Made by a program: the position numbers and the translations under genes. 64,000 bases of DNA from Camelus ferus (lineage: Eukaryota), in NCBI RefSeq assembly GCF_009834535.1, contig NC_045696.1, forward strand, positions 92,132,001 to 92,196,000, written 5' to 3'. Positions 36,620-48,914 of the stretch are shown one piece after another (position 1 is the stretch's first letter; each line of letters starts with the position of its first letter). Under the pieces are notes generated by a model. That model had not been told where the DNA came from and made no database searches. It saw nothing but the letters and a program-made list of their open reading frames with translations.

Positions 36620-37764
36620 GTGAGATGTGTGTTATTTGCAGTCAGTTGCTCAGCACCCAGCCCAGCACCTGCACACAGTAGGTGCTGATTAGATGTTTGT
36701 TGAATAAATGTAGGCACGAATGATTGGTGGATATCCCTGAATGCCTCTTCTGCCCCCATTTGCCCAGGGCCTGAAGTCAACAATACTAAGCTGTTACTAT
36801 GCTCAGACCTTTTAAGGCCATCACTAAGTCTTTCCATATGGGCAGAATAATGCTACATGTCGGCGACAAGGCAAGTGATTCCCAGGCAGTGGTGTGGTGG
36901 TGGGTTTTTTCTTGTTTGTTTTGTTTTTTTCTTTTTGGCTGCCTTATTTCCTGCTTTGCACTTAGAACTCTTTTTTGGCACTAGTGGAAGTTCTGAGGGC
37001 AAAGCAGGGCAGTGGGAAAATTATTGCCCAAGAACTACCTGCCGTCAGCAACAGCTGATTCCCTCATGGGCTGCGGGGCATGGGAGAATCCACTGGGCAG
37101 AGCTGGCCAGCCAGAGGTAAAGTAGATGATTGGAGATAATTAGCATCTAATCAAGTGTCACCCACAGGCACATCCAGAGTGCCCCCTTAGGAGCAAGGTG
37201 TGACTGCTGCTCTTGTGCAGGCATGTGACATGGGAACCAGCCCACAGTTGCATTCAAGCAGTTTGTTTTCTGCCAGAGGAGCTCCCCTCCTCCCCGACGC
37301 TTGTAGCAGATCAAGGGTAACATGCCTGGAAATAATTTCCCTCTTGGGTTGAGAGTTCTGTGGTTAAAAACAAAACTACTTGTTTACAAAGAAAAGAAAA
37401 GAAAAATGACAGGCAAGAAAGACATCTGGGGGCACAGAGGGAGGAAAAGGAGAAACAAAGAACATTGTAAACTCAGACTCTATAAAGAGGATCTTTCATG
37501 TACATCTAATGTCCAGAGAAAGTCTAAATGTGGTAAAGATTTCCTCTTTAGAAGGACCACGTTCTTCTATCTCTTTCAGAGCTAAATTTAATACTCGTTT
37601 TCATGTTACCACCTAACAACCGTATTTATGGCTGTGTTTCAAGAATAAGTGTTTCTCTCTGTGCCTGTTACTCTTGACCACATGCCACAGCGAGGAGTGG
37701 ACAGAGTTTCAGTCCAGGGTGTCTAATTTTTCACAAAAACATCATCTTCACCATCATCACCTTT

Positions 37765-37895
37765 ACAGTTACTGAGCACCTATTTGCTCTACATACATAA
37801 TTTCTTTTTACTCAACAAGGTTGTAAGATATATATTATTATACCCATTTTACAGATGAGAAAATTGGTATCAGGTTAAATAACTTGCTGATGGTC
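37765..37895 (-). mobile_element. MIR fragment
   Basis: actgagcacctatt...attattatacccattttacagatgagaaaatt...ggttaaataacttgc. Confidence 0.65.
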
Positions 37896-38542
37896 AAACA
37901 GCTAATACCTTTTACTGTAATCATTAAAGCTGTAGGGAGGCTAACTAATCACATTAAACACAATCTTTGATTTTTTTTTTTCACAATCTTTGATTTTTGT
38001 TTTGTTTTGTTTTTTGGGAGAAAAGATTAAAGCAACTGTCATACATACACTTCGGTAAATGGTATTTCCCCCCTAAAACCATCTCCCATTTCCATCTTTC
38101 TATGACTATTAACTGCAACTACCATTTTCCGGCCTTCCACCCTCAGAAGGGTCAAGCATCTAACAAATATTCTACTATGTTATTTTATTTGTGTAGAACT
38201 TAACCTTGAGCTTTTTACCTCACTGGCTCACTCTGTCTGATTTGTCCCAATTCTTGCTGTTTCTTAATCCTTTCTGGAACCTGTGCCCATTTTATTCTGT
38301 TCTCCTGGCTACTACCTGAATTCTTTTCAGTCTCTCCATTTGTAAAGTGGAGATAATGCTGGCAGAACTCCATTAACATCGGTAAGACAGGGCTTGTCCT
38401 AGCACCCACCTCCTGGGATTGTCCTGACCATCGAGGAGACAGGACAGTGAGCAGAAGGAGCTCATCACAGAGCCTGGCAAATATCCCCCAGCAAGGGAAC
38501 TGAAAATCTTGGTGCTTCTCCGTTTCATACTTAGTCTCTAGT

Positions 38543-38827
38543 CAGATGTGCTATTGAACACGGGACGTGTTTAGCCTGAACTGACCTGTGCTGTGGGTAT
38601 AAAATACATCCTGGATTTTGACGACTTAGTATGAAAAAAGAGTGTGAAATATCTCCATAATTTTCTATACTTATTACTTGTTAAAATGATAATGTTTTGG
38701 CTATATGGGGTTAAATAAAATCCATTATTAAAATTAATTTCACCTATTTCCTCTTTACTTTAACATGGCCACTGGAAGATGTAAAATTAAATACGTGTGC
38801 ACATTATATTTCTACAGGACGGTGCTG
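38543..38827 (-). mobile_element. MER33 (hAT-Charlie)
   Basis: ataaaatacatcctggattttgacgacttagtatgaaaaaagagtgtgaaatatctc...ttattaaaattaatttcacct...cattatatttctacaggacggtgctg. Confidence 0.8.
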
Positions 38828-39327
38828 GCACATGTGGTTTTCAAGTGTTACTGGTGACCGGGCCCTTGCATTAACTATTCTGGCCCTTGGAAGATTCAGG
38901 GTGACACTGCTCCCCTAGGGTAGGCTTTCCATCTGGCAGTAGCCTTGCTCTGCTCCTCAGACTCTCACCAACCCTGCCTTGGCTTCAACAGGGATGGAAA
39001 ATTGGACCAGAAGCCAAGGATGTCACTACCCAGTTCAGGGGCGCAAACTCTCAACACAGGGAGGATGTATGCCTTTTCTCTGGCGTGTTCTTGTTTAAAC
39101 TGTGTCATGAGGGAAAGGAGAAGGAAGTAAGAAAAGCGTTTCAGCAAATGGAACGTTCAGGGGAACCCGAACCTCATTTTAGATAGTATTAACCAAGAGT
39201 TTATGCTTCAGAGATAGTGTGCCCCTGCAACAGGTATTCTGTCATGAGGGAGATGTGGATCGTTAGTGGAAAACGATTTCATTTTCTGCCATCCAGCAGA
39301 GCTGCCCCTCCCCGGTGATTGCCTTAC

Positions 39328-39448
39328 CCACGGCGAGCTGAGGCAGCGTGCATCCCAGACGCTCTGCTATCGGGGAAAGGTCTTTCAGCTTGTTCTGCTG
39401 TTTTCTCCCTTCTTCACTGACAATCCTTTCCTTCAACCACTGGTAGCA
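39328..39448 (-). CDS. KCNAB1: Kv beta-1 coding exon
   Basis: tag|TGC... encodes [40 protein letters not shown](A). 121 nt; donor G|GTAAGG. Confidence 0.97.
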
Positions 39449-40280
39449 CTAGAGGTAAACAGAACATTTAAATGTTAGTGTCTGGTAAGGGCTGGATGCA
39501 GATTGTTAATTCAATAAAAAACAGAAGAGCCTCATGGTAAATTCCTGAATCTTCTTGGTTCTGTCCTTCCTGTTTGATGGCCACAAGGATGCCTACGCCT
39601 TTATGCAAAGAAATGTTCCCCATGGTCTCGCTCCTTGTTTATTGGTTCAAAATAGATTGATTTTCACTAAAATTCACCATTCAAATCCACTGACATGTAC
39701 AAAAGTTGTTAAAATCCTGACACATAATTAATTATATCCCGTCTGGAAGTCGTGTTTCTTATTGTGATAGCCTTCAGAATGTGTGTGTGGTGGGGGGGCA
39801 CCGAGGTCTACTATGTTTCCTTTTTGTCAGGAAAGCTTTCTGCTCCAAGAAAGCCATTATCTTACATTCTTGCTATGATTATCTTTCTTTCTCCCGCCTT
39901 CAATTTACTCCTAGTCTCTCTTGAATCCTTAATAACGGGGCTTTATTGTTACTTTTCTCAGTTCCTTCCTAGAAACAGCCGTGAATGGTAACACTCACTG
40001 ATAGGTACCAAGTATAGTTTACAATTTTTGAAGTGGATAAAGACTTTCCCAAATGTATATTACCTTCTATATAACGTTTGGAACTTAAAAAGGCAAGGGA
40101 ACTTAAAAAGGTTAACGGGAAACTATTCTTTAAAGTCTATGAGAAGAAACTGACTCTGATGTAGACTGGAAAGTGAGCCTAATTTCCTAAAGATGAGGAG
40201 AAAAATCTAGAACTTCTCCACACCCTGCTTTCCAGAAGGTTTTGCTCTTACTGCGAAACGAGGCACAACAGACGCCTGTA

Positions 40281-40373
40281 TGTATACGTATGACTGAAGC
40301 ACTATGCTGTACACCAGAAACTGACACAGCATAAACTGCCTATACCACAACAAAAAATATATATTCAAAAAAA
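40281..40373 (+). mobile_element. Very short L1 3' terminus
   Basis: tgactgaagcactatgctgtacaccagaaactgacacagc plus A-rich tail; same terminus as the copy at about 58083-58309. Confidence 0.7.
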
Positions 40374-42980
40374 CCCAAACAATTGACGCTTACATACAAA
40401 GCTAGCACTAAGCAGCAACACTCAAAGGAAAAGAATATTTGTAAGAATCTGTTAGTCTGTTTCAGTGACAATAATAAAATCCATACCCCTGTGTGGCAAT
40501 GTGGACTTTCTCCATTGCGTGTGTTTATGACATAGTTGCCACCACAGAACTTCACCTTCCCAAAGGCAGCTGAAGGCTGGGCTATCATCACAGAATCTCC
40601 AACCACATGATTTCAATAGGCTGCTGGCTTCTTTTTTTTTTTTTTTCCCATCACTCTAAGACAGTATTTCCAAAGAAAAGGGTAACTACATTATGTTTTA
40701 TCATGATTTCTGAGATGATTTTTCAGATTTGGAAAAGAAAAAGGGCGAGCTGCCCCAGTTCTGTTCTGTCTGCCCCCTGGATCTCAGTGGCTGATGGTCT
40801 GGCTCCTCATGTGAAGTTTGCTTAGAGAGACGGCCAAGAGTTTCCCCAGCCTCGGCTCCGGGAGACCTCCACGTCTTCCAGGAGGAAGGGTGGCCTGGAG
40901 CATCTCCTGAGAGATGACATCTGGTGCCAGCAGGGATGAGGTGGGCAGAACACTGAGTGGGAGCCCAGCAGCCTTCCCCGGCCAGCGTGCTGGGGACATC
41001 AGGGAGCCCTTGAACTTACTCTTACTGTCCCCAAGGGGAAAAACATCACCAATCCTCACTTTAGTTTCATAGCATCTTTCAGGGGACCAGTATCTCTGAA
41101 TGTTATTCAAATGAAAAGAAAAAGGTTGAAAACCAATAGCCAAATGCTTCTTAAACAGCTGCTTTTTATTGTAACTGGGAGAGTTCCTGAGGTTTCACTA
41201 TATACCACACACGTAATGACTGATTTTTTTACCAATCTCATGAAACTCCATTTTTAAAATCTTATTATCTGCAATGCATTTTTATTCTTAGGGTTGGGTT
41301 ACAAGTTAGGAATATGTATGTGTGTACACATTACACACACACACACAACCCATATTGAGAAGACGATTTCTGAAGGTAACAAATACCAAACATTCATTTA
41401 TTGAGTGCTTCTCTCCCCACCCTCAACGTAAATCTCATTGTTGCTTTAATCACTGGAAAATATAAGCATGTTAGGGTTTTTAAAAAGTAGACCCACAGCA
41501 TTTATGCTGCTTTCCTCACACCAAAGGGAACAAATGTGTTTTGGAAATAAATAGCTTTAACTGCTTTACAAGTGGGAAAATGTTAGCACAGGGAGGAGAT
41601 GAGGCTTAATTAAGATATTAATGAAATATGGAAGTGAACCAGTTTTTCTGTAGGAGGGCTGGTGGTTGTGGTTGTGAGCAATAATAAGCCCAGCTTGTTG
41701 ATTGTGGGCAGTAACCCATGAATCAAAAGATGAAATTCTGTCTTCCAGCCCTAACATATTGGTTACCATATTGCTGCAGTGATCTGACTACATGTTGACT
41801 GGTCTTCCTAAGTGGAAGGCAGGGATAGCTTCTCCATCATCTCAACATCTCTAGTCTTGAACAGTGGTTGGCATGGAGTAGCCAGTATGGCCTTTGAGAG
41901 AGGGATCTGAGAAACCCTTCAAAGATAGATCTCTTCAATTTTTCAGATTGAGCACAGACACTTCCTAATGCAGTACAACTCGGTTGGCAGCCGTGCGTGC
42001 ATCCACAGTGCTATGGATGCCACATAGTTTCATAATTCACCCCTTCTCTAGCCTGTCTCCAAAACGTCCTTGAGGTAATCCTGAGGGTTGAGACTGTCCC
42101 ATTCATCCCTGTATCCTCAGCCCCTTAGCACACGGCCCAGCCCTGAGTAGACACCCCGTAAATATTTGCCAAAGGAACCACTGAATGAGCTTTTCTCCAG
42201 AGATGACTTGGCTACTACTTTTACCCATAAGTCACAAAGTCCTCTAACATTTCCTAAAGCCCATTTCTTTCCTGTCTTCCAATGCCGGGACCATTATCTA
42301 TGAGACCTCAATTAGGTAGCAATACCAAGGTGGGAAGTCTGTGAGGTCAGCTCTGAAGCCCCCAGTTGTTTGTTAGTAAATCCTAGATTTGAACTCAAGT
42401 AGCAACATAAAAGCCATGCACAGAATCAGTCACATTTCATTACTGAACCTTGAATAATTTAGCATTCAAGATCATTGACCGTTTCTATTTAAACATCAAA
42501 GCTATTTTGGCTCAAAAGAGCAGCAATATCTTCACTATTGAGGTTGAAATCTCTAGGTAAAATGCTGGAGCTAAAAAATTCCCTTCTGAAATTATCCCAT
42601 AATGTGCAAATCCTTAGTTTCTTCACGTGAACACCTGGTGTTCTTGGACTGCCTCTCTCTCCCCACTTTGATTCACCTCAGTTTGCATGTTTCCTATTTT
42701 CCTTTGACAGAAGGGTACATATTTTTATGCTTTTTCTAACAATAGGGAAGAGCTAGCGGCCCATAAATTGTATTGCACTCTTCATTTCTATGTAAAATTT
42801 CTACTTAAAAGCTACTCTTGATCAGACTTTGTTGATCCTCAGATATGGCTCATGGCATTCATTTAAGAAACATTTATTGAGTACTTATCATGTGCCAGGA
42901 TCCGTGATGAGTTACATGAGTTAGTTTCAGTTTCTGTCCTAAAGGTATTCACAAGTCATAGTCTGGACTGGAGAAGTGTC

Positions 42981-43463
42981 TTGTAGTGGGGTTGAGTTCC
43001 TCAGAAGCCATGTTTGTACTGCCTCCTTATGGAAAATACCCCAACAACAGTGCATGATGTGGGCTGATCACAGCATCTTACCCTCTGGGCCACTATCATT
43101 GGTCTAACAGGTTGGCACGTGACCCAAGCTTGGCCAGACTTTTCTGGACTGAATCTGATAAACAAAAGATCTTTTTTTCTCTCAGGTTCTGTGCCTTTAA
43201 GGAAGTAAGCCTGTAGTCACCAGTGTTCCTGCTCCTGGCCCTGGGGAGAAGGCCCATTTGCAGTAGAAGAAAATGATACTCACATGCAGAGAGAAACAGA
43301 GCAGAGGGAGGGTCCTGACAATGTGCATATCTGTGGATGGAGTCACCCCCAGGGGCCATCCCACTCCACCCTTCCCAGAGGCTGCCTGCCTGTGCCGGCC
43401 CTTCTTTGATTAAATTAGGTTGAATTAAATCCTATTGCTTGCAGTCAGAGGATTTAAGACTAT
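42981..43463 (+). mobile_element. MLT1J/K-like MaLR solo LTR
   Basis: tgtagtgg...cactatcattggtct...cacgtgacccaagcttggccaga...ggtcctgacaa...tattgcttgcagtcagagg. Confidence 0.65.
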
Positions 43464-43769
43464 AGAAGTGTTTATGGAATGATAGAGGGAGGTGTAAATA
43501 GAAATAAATAAATAAAGCCTAAGTAAAAATAAATAAAAACATAGTTTCCTAAAATAAGAAAGGCTTCCCAGAGTGAAGACAACAAGCTTTGTCTTTAGAG
43601 GAGAGCTTCCACAGCAGGTTCAAAAGAAGGGCCTTTCTGGAAGGCAAAAAAGAATACAGTGCATTTGGGTGGGAAATGAAGCAATGTGATTTAGGGAGAG
43701 ACCAGAATGGAAAAGTCGGCTCAACTAAGATCCCAAGAGTGTTTCCGAATGCTTTTCTGTGGGTTTTTA

Positions 43770-44190
43770 GATTTTGTTCTATAATCAATGGTTAGGAAGT
43801 CATTAAAGGATTTTAAGCAGAGTTATGATACAGTCAGATCAATCTTTTAGAACGTTAATTGGTCACAATGGTGGGTAGTTGAAAAAAGGGGGAAAAAATC
43901 AGAGCAAACCAGGTAAGAAGTGATGAAGATCTGAACAAGGGCGGTAAAAGGGATGGACCACAGAGGGTCAGGATGTGGACTAGAGGAGGAGTTGTCCTAC
44001 TGGATGAGAGTGAGGGAGGAGAAGAGGCAGTCAGAGAATGCTTTGGCTTCTGACTGCAAGGACCAGATGGATGGGTGGAGGCACTGTTTACCAAGAAGGA
44101 AGGGCAGGTTCTGGGGAGTGAGGATAGATTCCATTAGGCATGACGGATGCCCATGGGACAGCCACGTGGAGACGTCTAATTGACACAAAG
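43770..44190 (-). mobile_element. L2 fragment
   Basis: gaagtcattaaaggattttaagcagag...gagaatgctttggcttctgact...ggatgggtggaggcactgtttacc. Confidence 0.65.
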
Positions 44191-44549
44191 AAGGAGTGGT
44201 GTTTAGCTCAGCAGTGGAATCAGAGCCAATGACCTGATTCAGAAGTCCCTGTAACAGAGGTGGGCCAGAGGCAGCCTCCCAGAATCCCTGCTGGGGAGTA
44301 TTGCTTTCTAAAAGATAGGTATTTTCCACACTGGGTTAATTTGGTCTGCAAATATAATTTCAATATTTAAAATAAACACAAAATATTAGCATCTTTATTT
44401 TATTAGTGTAACTTACAACAGCCAGTGTGAAAATACCAACTGCTTATTCTATTTTGAGGGGAGGTGAAAACTGCCAACTTATTCATCTACTTACCTAGCT
44501 CTTTTTTTTTTTTTTAATGTTCTTACTATGAGAATTCTCATTCACTCTT

Positions 44550-44810
44550 TGTTTTTATTTTTTAATTGTTTTGTTTTGGAGGGTAATTAGGTTTATTTAT
44601 TTATTTAAATTTTGGGGGGAGGGAGGTAATGAGGTTATTTGTTTATTTTAATGGAGGTCCTGGATATCAAATCCAGGACCTCATGCATGCTAAGCACACA
44701 CTCTATCACTGAGCTGTATCTTCCCCCTATTTATTATTTATTTTAATGGAAGTAATGGGAATTGAACTCATGCTAAGCATGCATGCTGCCACTGAACTAC
44801 ACCCTCCCCC
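44550..44810 (-). mobile_element. Tandem dimer of tRNA-Ala-derived SINE heads with repeated tail
   Basis: Two antisense heads (about 44640-44727 and 44728-44810) followed by two aaacctaattacctcc-like tail units. Imperfect flanking repeats cattcactct / cattcattct. Confidence 0.8.
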
Positions 44811-46870
44811 ATTCATTCTCTCTTAATGTTGATATATATGTGTAAAATAATAATAATAATTATTATTTGCTTTAGTTACTCTGCTCGAGTAATTTTTCTA
44901 AGTGCACATATATTAGTCTGGAAAACACTCAGACTGATGATTTAAGAAGCCTTGAGAGGCTGCGGAGCTCTGAAGAAGCATGCTTTGTGACTGGCTGTCT
45001 TTCCCCTGCTGAGTGTTCTTCATGTTTATTGTTAAGGATGTTTCAATAGATGCTGAAAAGTCAACAGAAATATTTTTGAGTTGCTTTTGGGCTTAGCCAC
45101 CTTCAAATATTCTGCGTCTCCCTTTTTTTTTTTTTTCTCTCCTTTTGTTAGTATATTTTTGAAAGTGTTTCAGCTGTTTCTAGGCTTTTCTCAAATAGTG
45201 ATGGGGGTCAGCCAATCATATACTCCAAATACAGTGTAGATACTTCTTCCTTTAAAAACCTGAGTTTGAAGGGAAACACAAATGTCTTTTGGGAGATAAA
45301 CTGACAGCCAGGAGACCTGGGCTCTACTACTAACTTTATTATGAGTTTATTCTCTTACATTGTTATCTAATCTCTTTGGGCACAGTTTCTGCATCTGGAA
45401 GAGGTTTACCCCCTTATAAGAGTAGTCTCAGAACAAACACCCGGATATATATGGAAGTACTTCGAGCTTTTCAGAAAGTTCCTGAAAGAATGCATGGCAA
45501 CATGCTTAGCTACAGCTGATTAAATGCCGTCTGTATCCATTTATCTTTGTGAGGATAAAAGGAGATGAATAGAAATACTGGCCCATGGTAGGTGCTCAGG
45601 AAAGTCACAATTTTCAATGCTTTTCTTTCTTCTTCAGACCCCTTTTTTGCCTTCTTCCTTTTATACCTTCTTTCCTTTAAGTTTTTCTTTGCTGACTTAT
45701 TCAAAACCTTCCATTTTTCAGAAGCAAGACCATATTTAATTTTCCAGGGTAATTAGTGTGATAATGCAAAACTAGAAACAGGACCATGGTGCCATGTTTT
45801 AGGAAACATCTATATTGTATTCTTTTAGAGAACAAACAAGCTAATAGTCAGCTGTTACAGGCGGAAAGAAAAGTGACAGACCTAGAGTCCTGAGAAGGTC
45901 CTGGTTAGGGAAGCACATGGTGGTTCCAGACACACTGATTAGAGGGTTGATGGTTTAGGCTTAACTTGAGTTGTCCTCGTGCTGACTCTGTGCTGACTGA
46001 TGGAGGCAAAAGGCTGTGTCAGACTTTTGCTTCCTCTTAGGGGCCTTTGGCTTGTGTGCATTTTAAAAATGTCTATATTCTCTCTCCCCTGACATTCCAG
46101 AGTAATTTGTGATTCTAATGTTATTACACATTCCCTCAAGTTTTTAAAAACATGTTGTTATTAATAAGGAGAGATGTTTGGAGTACTCTCCAATAAAGTA
46201 ATCATCAAGATGTTCTGAATGGAGGTAATTTTATGCCAATGAACTTGAATGTCTTTATGCTTCAGAAAAGAATTTAAGCTACAGGACTCAGCGGCCAGAG
46301 TTGATCTCCGCAAACGCCAGCCTGGAGCCCCAGTGACAGAGGGTTGGCTCTGTATCTGCTTCCAGAGCCCTCCCTCCTTACCTTGCCCCCCTTAAATAAA
46401 CGTCAGTCAACCTCAAATCATACTGAGCTACAACCTGTTTGGCCCAAATGGATTAAACCTCTATGGCTTACATTTCTTTTTGTCAAGAAAAGTAAAATTA
46501 GATCCTCTTGTATAGAAAAGGAATTTTACGTTTCATCAGCTTCAAAGGCGGAATGAAATGCCTTCTTTAACATCAGAAAAAATAAGTGTAGGAATTTGAA
46601 TCCTACAAGTACAAGCAGGTCACTGGGCACCTCCCCCAGGCCCCAGAGGAGGAGGATTCTCTGCGCTGGCAGATTCTGAAGGGCTGACTGATGCCTGGCC
46701 AGGAGCAGAGACCTCCGGAGGGCTCGGGGAGCCTGCCAGGGACACCAGCCAGGCCAAGGCCACACTTGGCTTGAGCCAGGAAGCCACGGGCTGCTGCAGA
46801 GCTGTTCTGTTCAGTCTTCTTCCCGCCCTCCCTCCCCTCCCCCAGACTCCTTCCTAGAGGTGGAGAATAC

Positions 46871-46965
46871 CTTCAGCGAAGCCCTGGAACTTTCAGGCAC
46901 CCCGTTTCCGTATTTTCCTGAGATGATTCCACAGGCCAGTGGAGACCATGTCATTGCTCCAACTC
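46871..46965 (-). CDS. KCNAB1: Kv beta-1 coding exon
   Basis: tag|GA GTT... encodes (G)[31 protein letters not shown]. 95 nt; donor AAG|GTATTC. Confidence 0.97.
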
Positions 46966-48042
46966 CTACAGAAGAAAAAAGTTAAAAAATCACTTCTGCA
47001 AACTGAGCTCAAAAGTGTGGGGGAGTTTCGACAGGATTTGGTTAGTTATGCGGAGAAGCCGGCCAGATACGTGAGTTAATAGCAGCAAACATCTTTCCAT
47101 TAAAATTGAGGCATTTACAAATTGTGCTTCCTTTGGATAAACCAATCGAACGTGCACTGTGGGTTATGGGGAATAGGCCCTATAAACAAGCCTGAAAATG
47201 TGGCTTATCCGTAATTCTGTGATGCCCAAAAGGTACGTTTCTTTTACACTCAAAGATAAACACTTCTGCCTGCTCAGGTCCTCAGTGCTTCGTTTGTCCA
47301 CTCGGCACTTGGTAGCGCCCAGTACGAAGCACGAGAACAATGCCCACTGTAGACACAAAGCGATAGCAATAATGACCATCGTTGTTGACATTTTTTAAAT
47401 CCTTTTTTCCCTTATCCAGCATTTTCCTACTCATGTGAACCTCCATTTCTTAGGAAGAAAGTTATCTCTGGAAACTGCTTTGATAAAGAAGCCTGAAAAT
47501 GTGGCTTATTTAAGTTTATCTGATGCCCAAAATTCTTCTATACGTGTTGTGTATATATTTTCCCCTGTCTTTGAAATCATCATGTCTGCTACACAAACGT
47601 GTACCTGGCTTGTCAGCCACCTTTGAATTCCCCTGACTCAGTTCTAGGTACGGAGTAGGAGACAGAGATGTATAAACCCATAGTGTTTTGGAAAGACGGT
47701 CATAGTCCACTCAGAGATGCATTCCTGGCCAGAGCAAGCACCCTATGAAAAATGGGTTTATTTACTGCTTCTTCCCATCATTTCATATGCACTTTTTGAG
47801 CACCTACTGGGTACAGCTTGTGTACCAGTCAGTTTATGGCTCTGCCTGGCTTGCATCCCCGACACTCTGTGGATGACATACAGGCACATTTAATCCTTCT
47901 ACAGTCTCCAGAATGCACAGTGCTGGTACTTCTCATGTTAATTAGGAACATTTAGGAAAGCATTTCAGTGACACTTTTTTGTTCAGGATCGCCGATCCTC
48001 CTGTTGTGAGAAATAATCAGTAAATGTGATTGTGAAGAGTAC

Positions 48043-48163
48043 CTATTTTATGGTAGAGCTCTGGTAGCTGAACCTCCACTTTCTCTCTCTGGAAAAGGTG
48101 GTACTCAGCTTGTTCACAGACCGGGGGGATCATATTGAATTGTCTTGCTACAGAGTAGGCTTC
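48043..48163 (-). CDS. KCNAB1: Kv beta-1 coding exon
   Basis: tag|GAA... encodes [40 protein letters not shown](G). 121 nt; donor G|GTACTC. Confidence 0.97.
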
Positions 48164-48828
48164 CTAGGGAGAAATAAGATTGCACCTGAATTTACACTGA
48201 TGAGAAATGAGGCTGTGTGCATGAAAAGTCTTCACTTTAGTGAAATCAATACAAACCGAGAAATATGTAGATTGCCAAATAATAAGCAAAATTATGACCA
48301 TCACTTTCACTCAGAGAAATACCAAAGGCAAGAAATCCTTATTATTCTTTGGGAAGGTTTGGATTGGGTAAAGACCAGGGCAAATTAGTCAAAGTGTGAA
48401 TTATGGACTATTATAAAGAGAATATAGTTTGACTGTTTCTAGGTCTCTAAAGAAATAAAACTTAACTAATATATAATAGAAAATGATCTGTAATTAGCAT
48501 GTTATAAACATTATCATTACTGAATACGTTAAACAAAACTAGAATATTGTGTTCATGTGTCTCATTTGCTGGGAAATTCACTTTATTGTCTTACTATCAG
48601 AGAACACGCTAAACATGACTCCTGTTTGAGACCTGCACCCTCCCAGCTGTATTCTGAACTGATGAGATCCAACCCCATGGCCATCTCTACAATGGCTGAA
48701 CTGATCATAGAATTCTAGTGCCACTGTGATGGTGAAGAAAGTTTGCAAAAGGTCTTGCTATTTACATATGTTGTCTGAAAAACAATAATAGCTACTCAAT
48801 GGCCATTTAGAGATAGAAATGAAATTAC

Positions 48829-48914
48829 CATGATCTCCATAGCACTCCAGCGGGAGGTTCCCCAGTACATGGCCATTCCTTGGTTTATCACATGTGTCAT
48901 GGCTCGAACAATTT
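48829..48914 (-). CDS. KCNAB1: Kv beta-1 coding exon (most 5' exon in the window)
   Basis: tag|AA ATT... encodes (E)[28 protein letters not shown]. 86 nt; donor ATG|GTAATT. I did not find the preceding exon (GLKGSLQRLQLEYVD...) in 48915-64000. Confidence 0.97.

Larger units (their letters stand above)
33690..36710 (+). mobile_element. Long fragmented L2, interrupted by younger elements
   Basis: Pyrimidine-rich L2 phrases at about 33690-34660 and 35525-36050, plus a 3' end (cagcacctgcacacagtaggtgct...gtttgttgaataaatg) at 36620-36710. Confidence 0.6.

Noticed and set aside
46861-46870. KCNAB1 donor GTATTCTCCA as a second U12 intron
   Set aside because: It has T at +5 and lacks the GTATCCTT consensus; treated as an ordinary U2 donor.
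29075-48914. Calling KCNAB1 a pseudogene
   Set aside because: The other five exons are intact with correct phases and splice sites. A single homopolymer indel in a gapped draft assembly is insufficient evidence.
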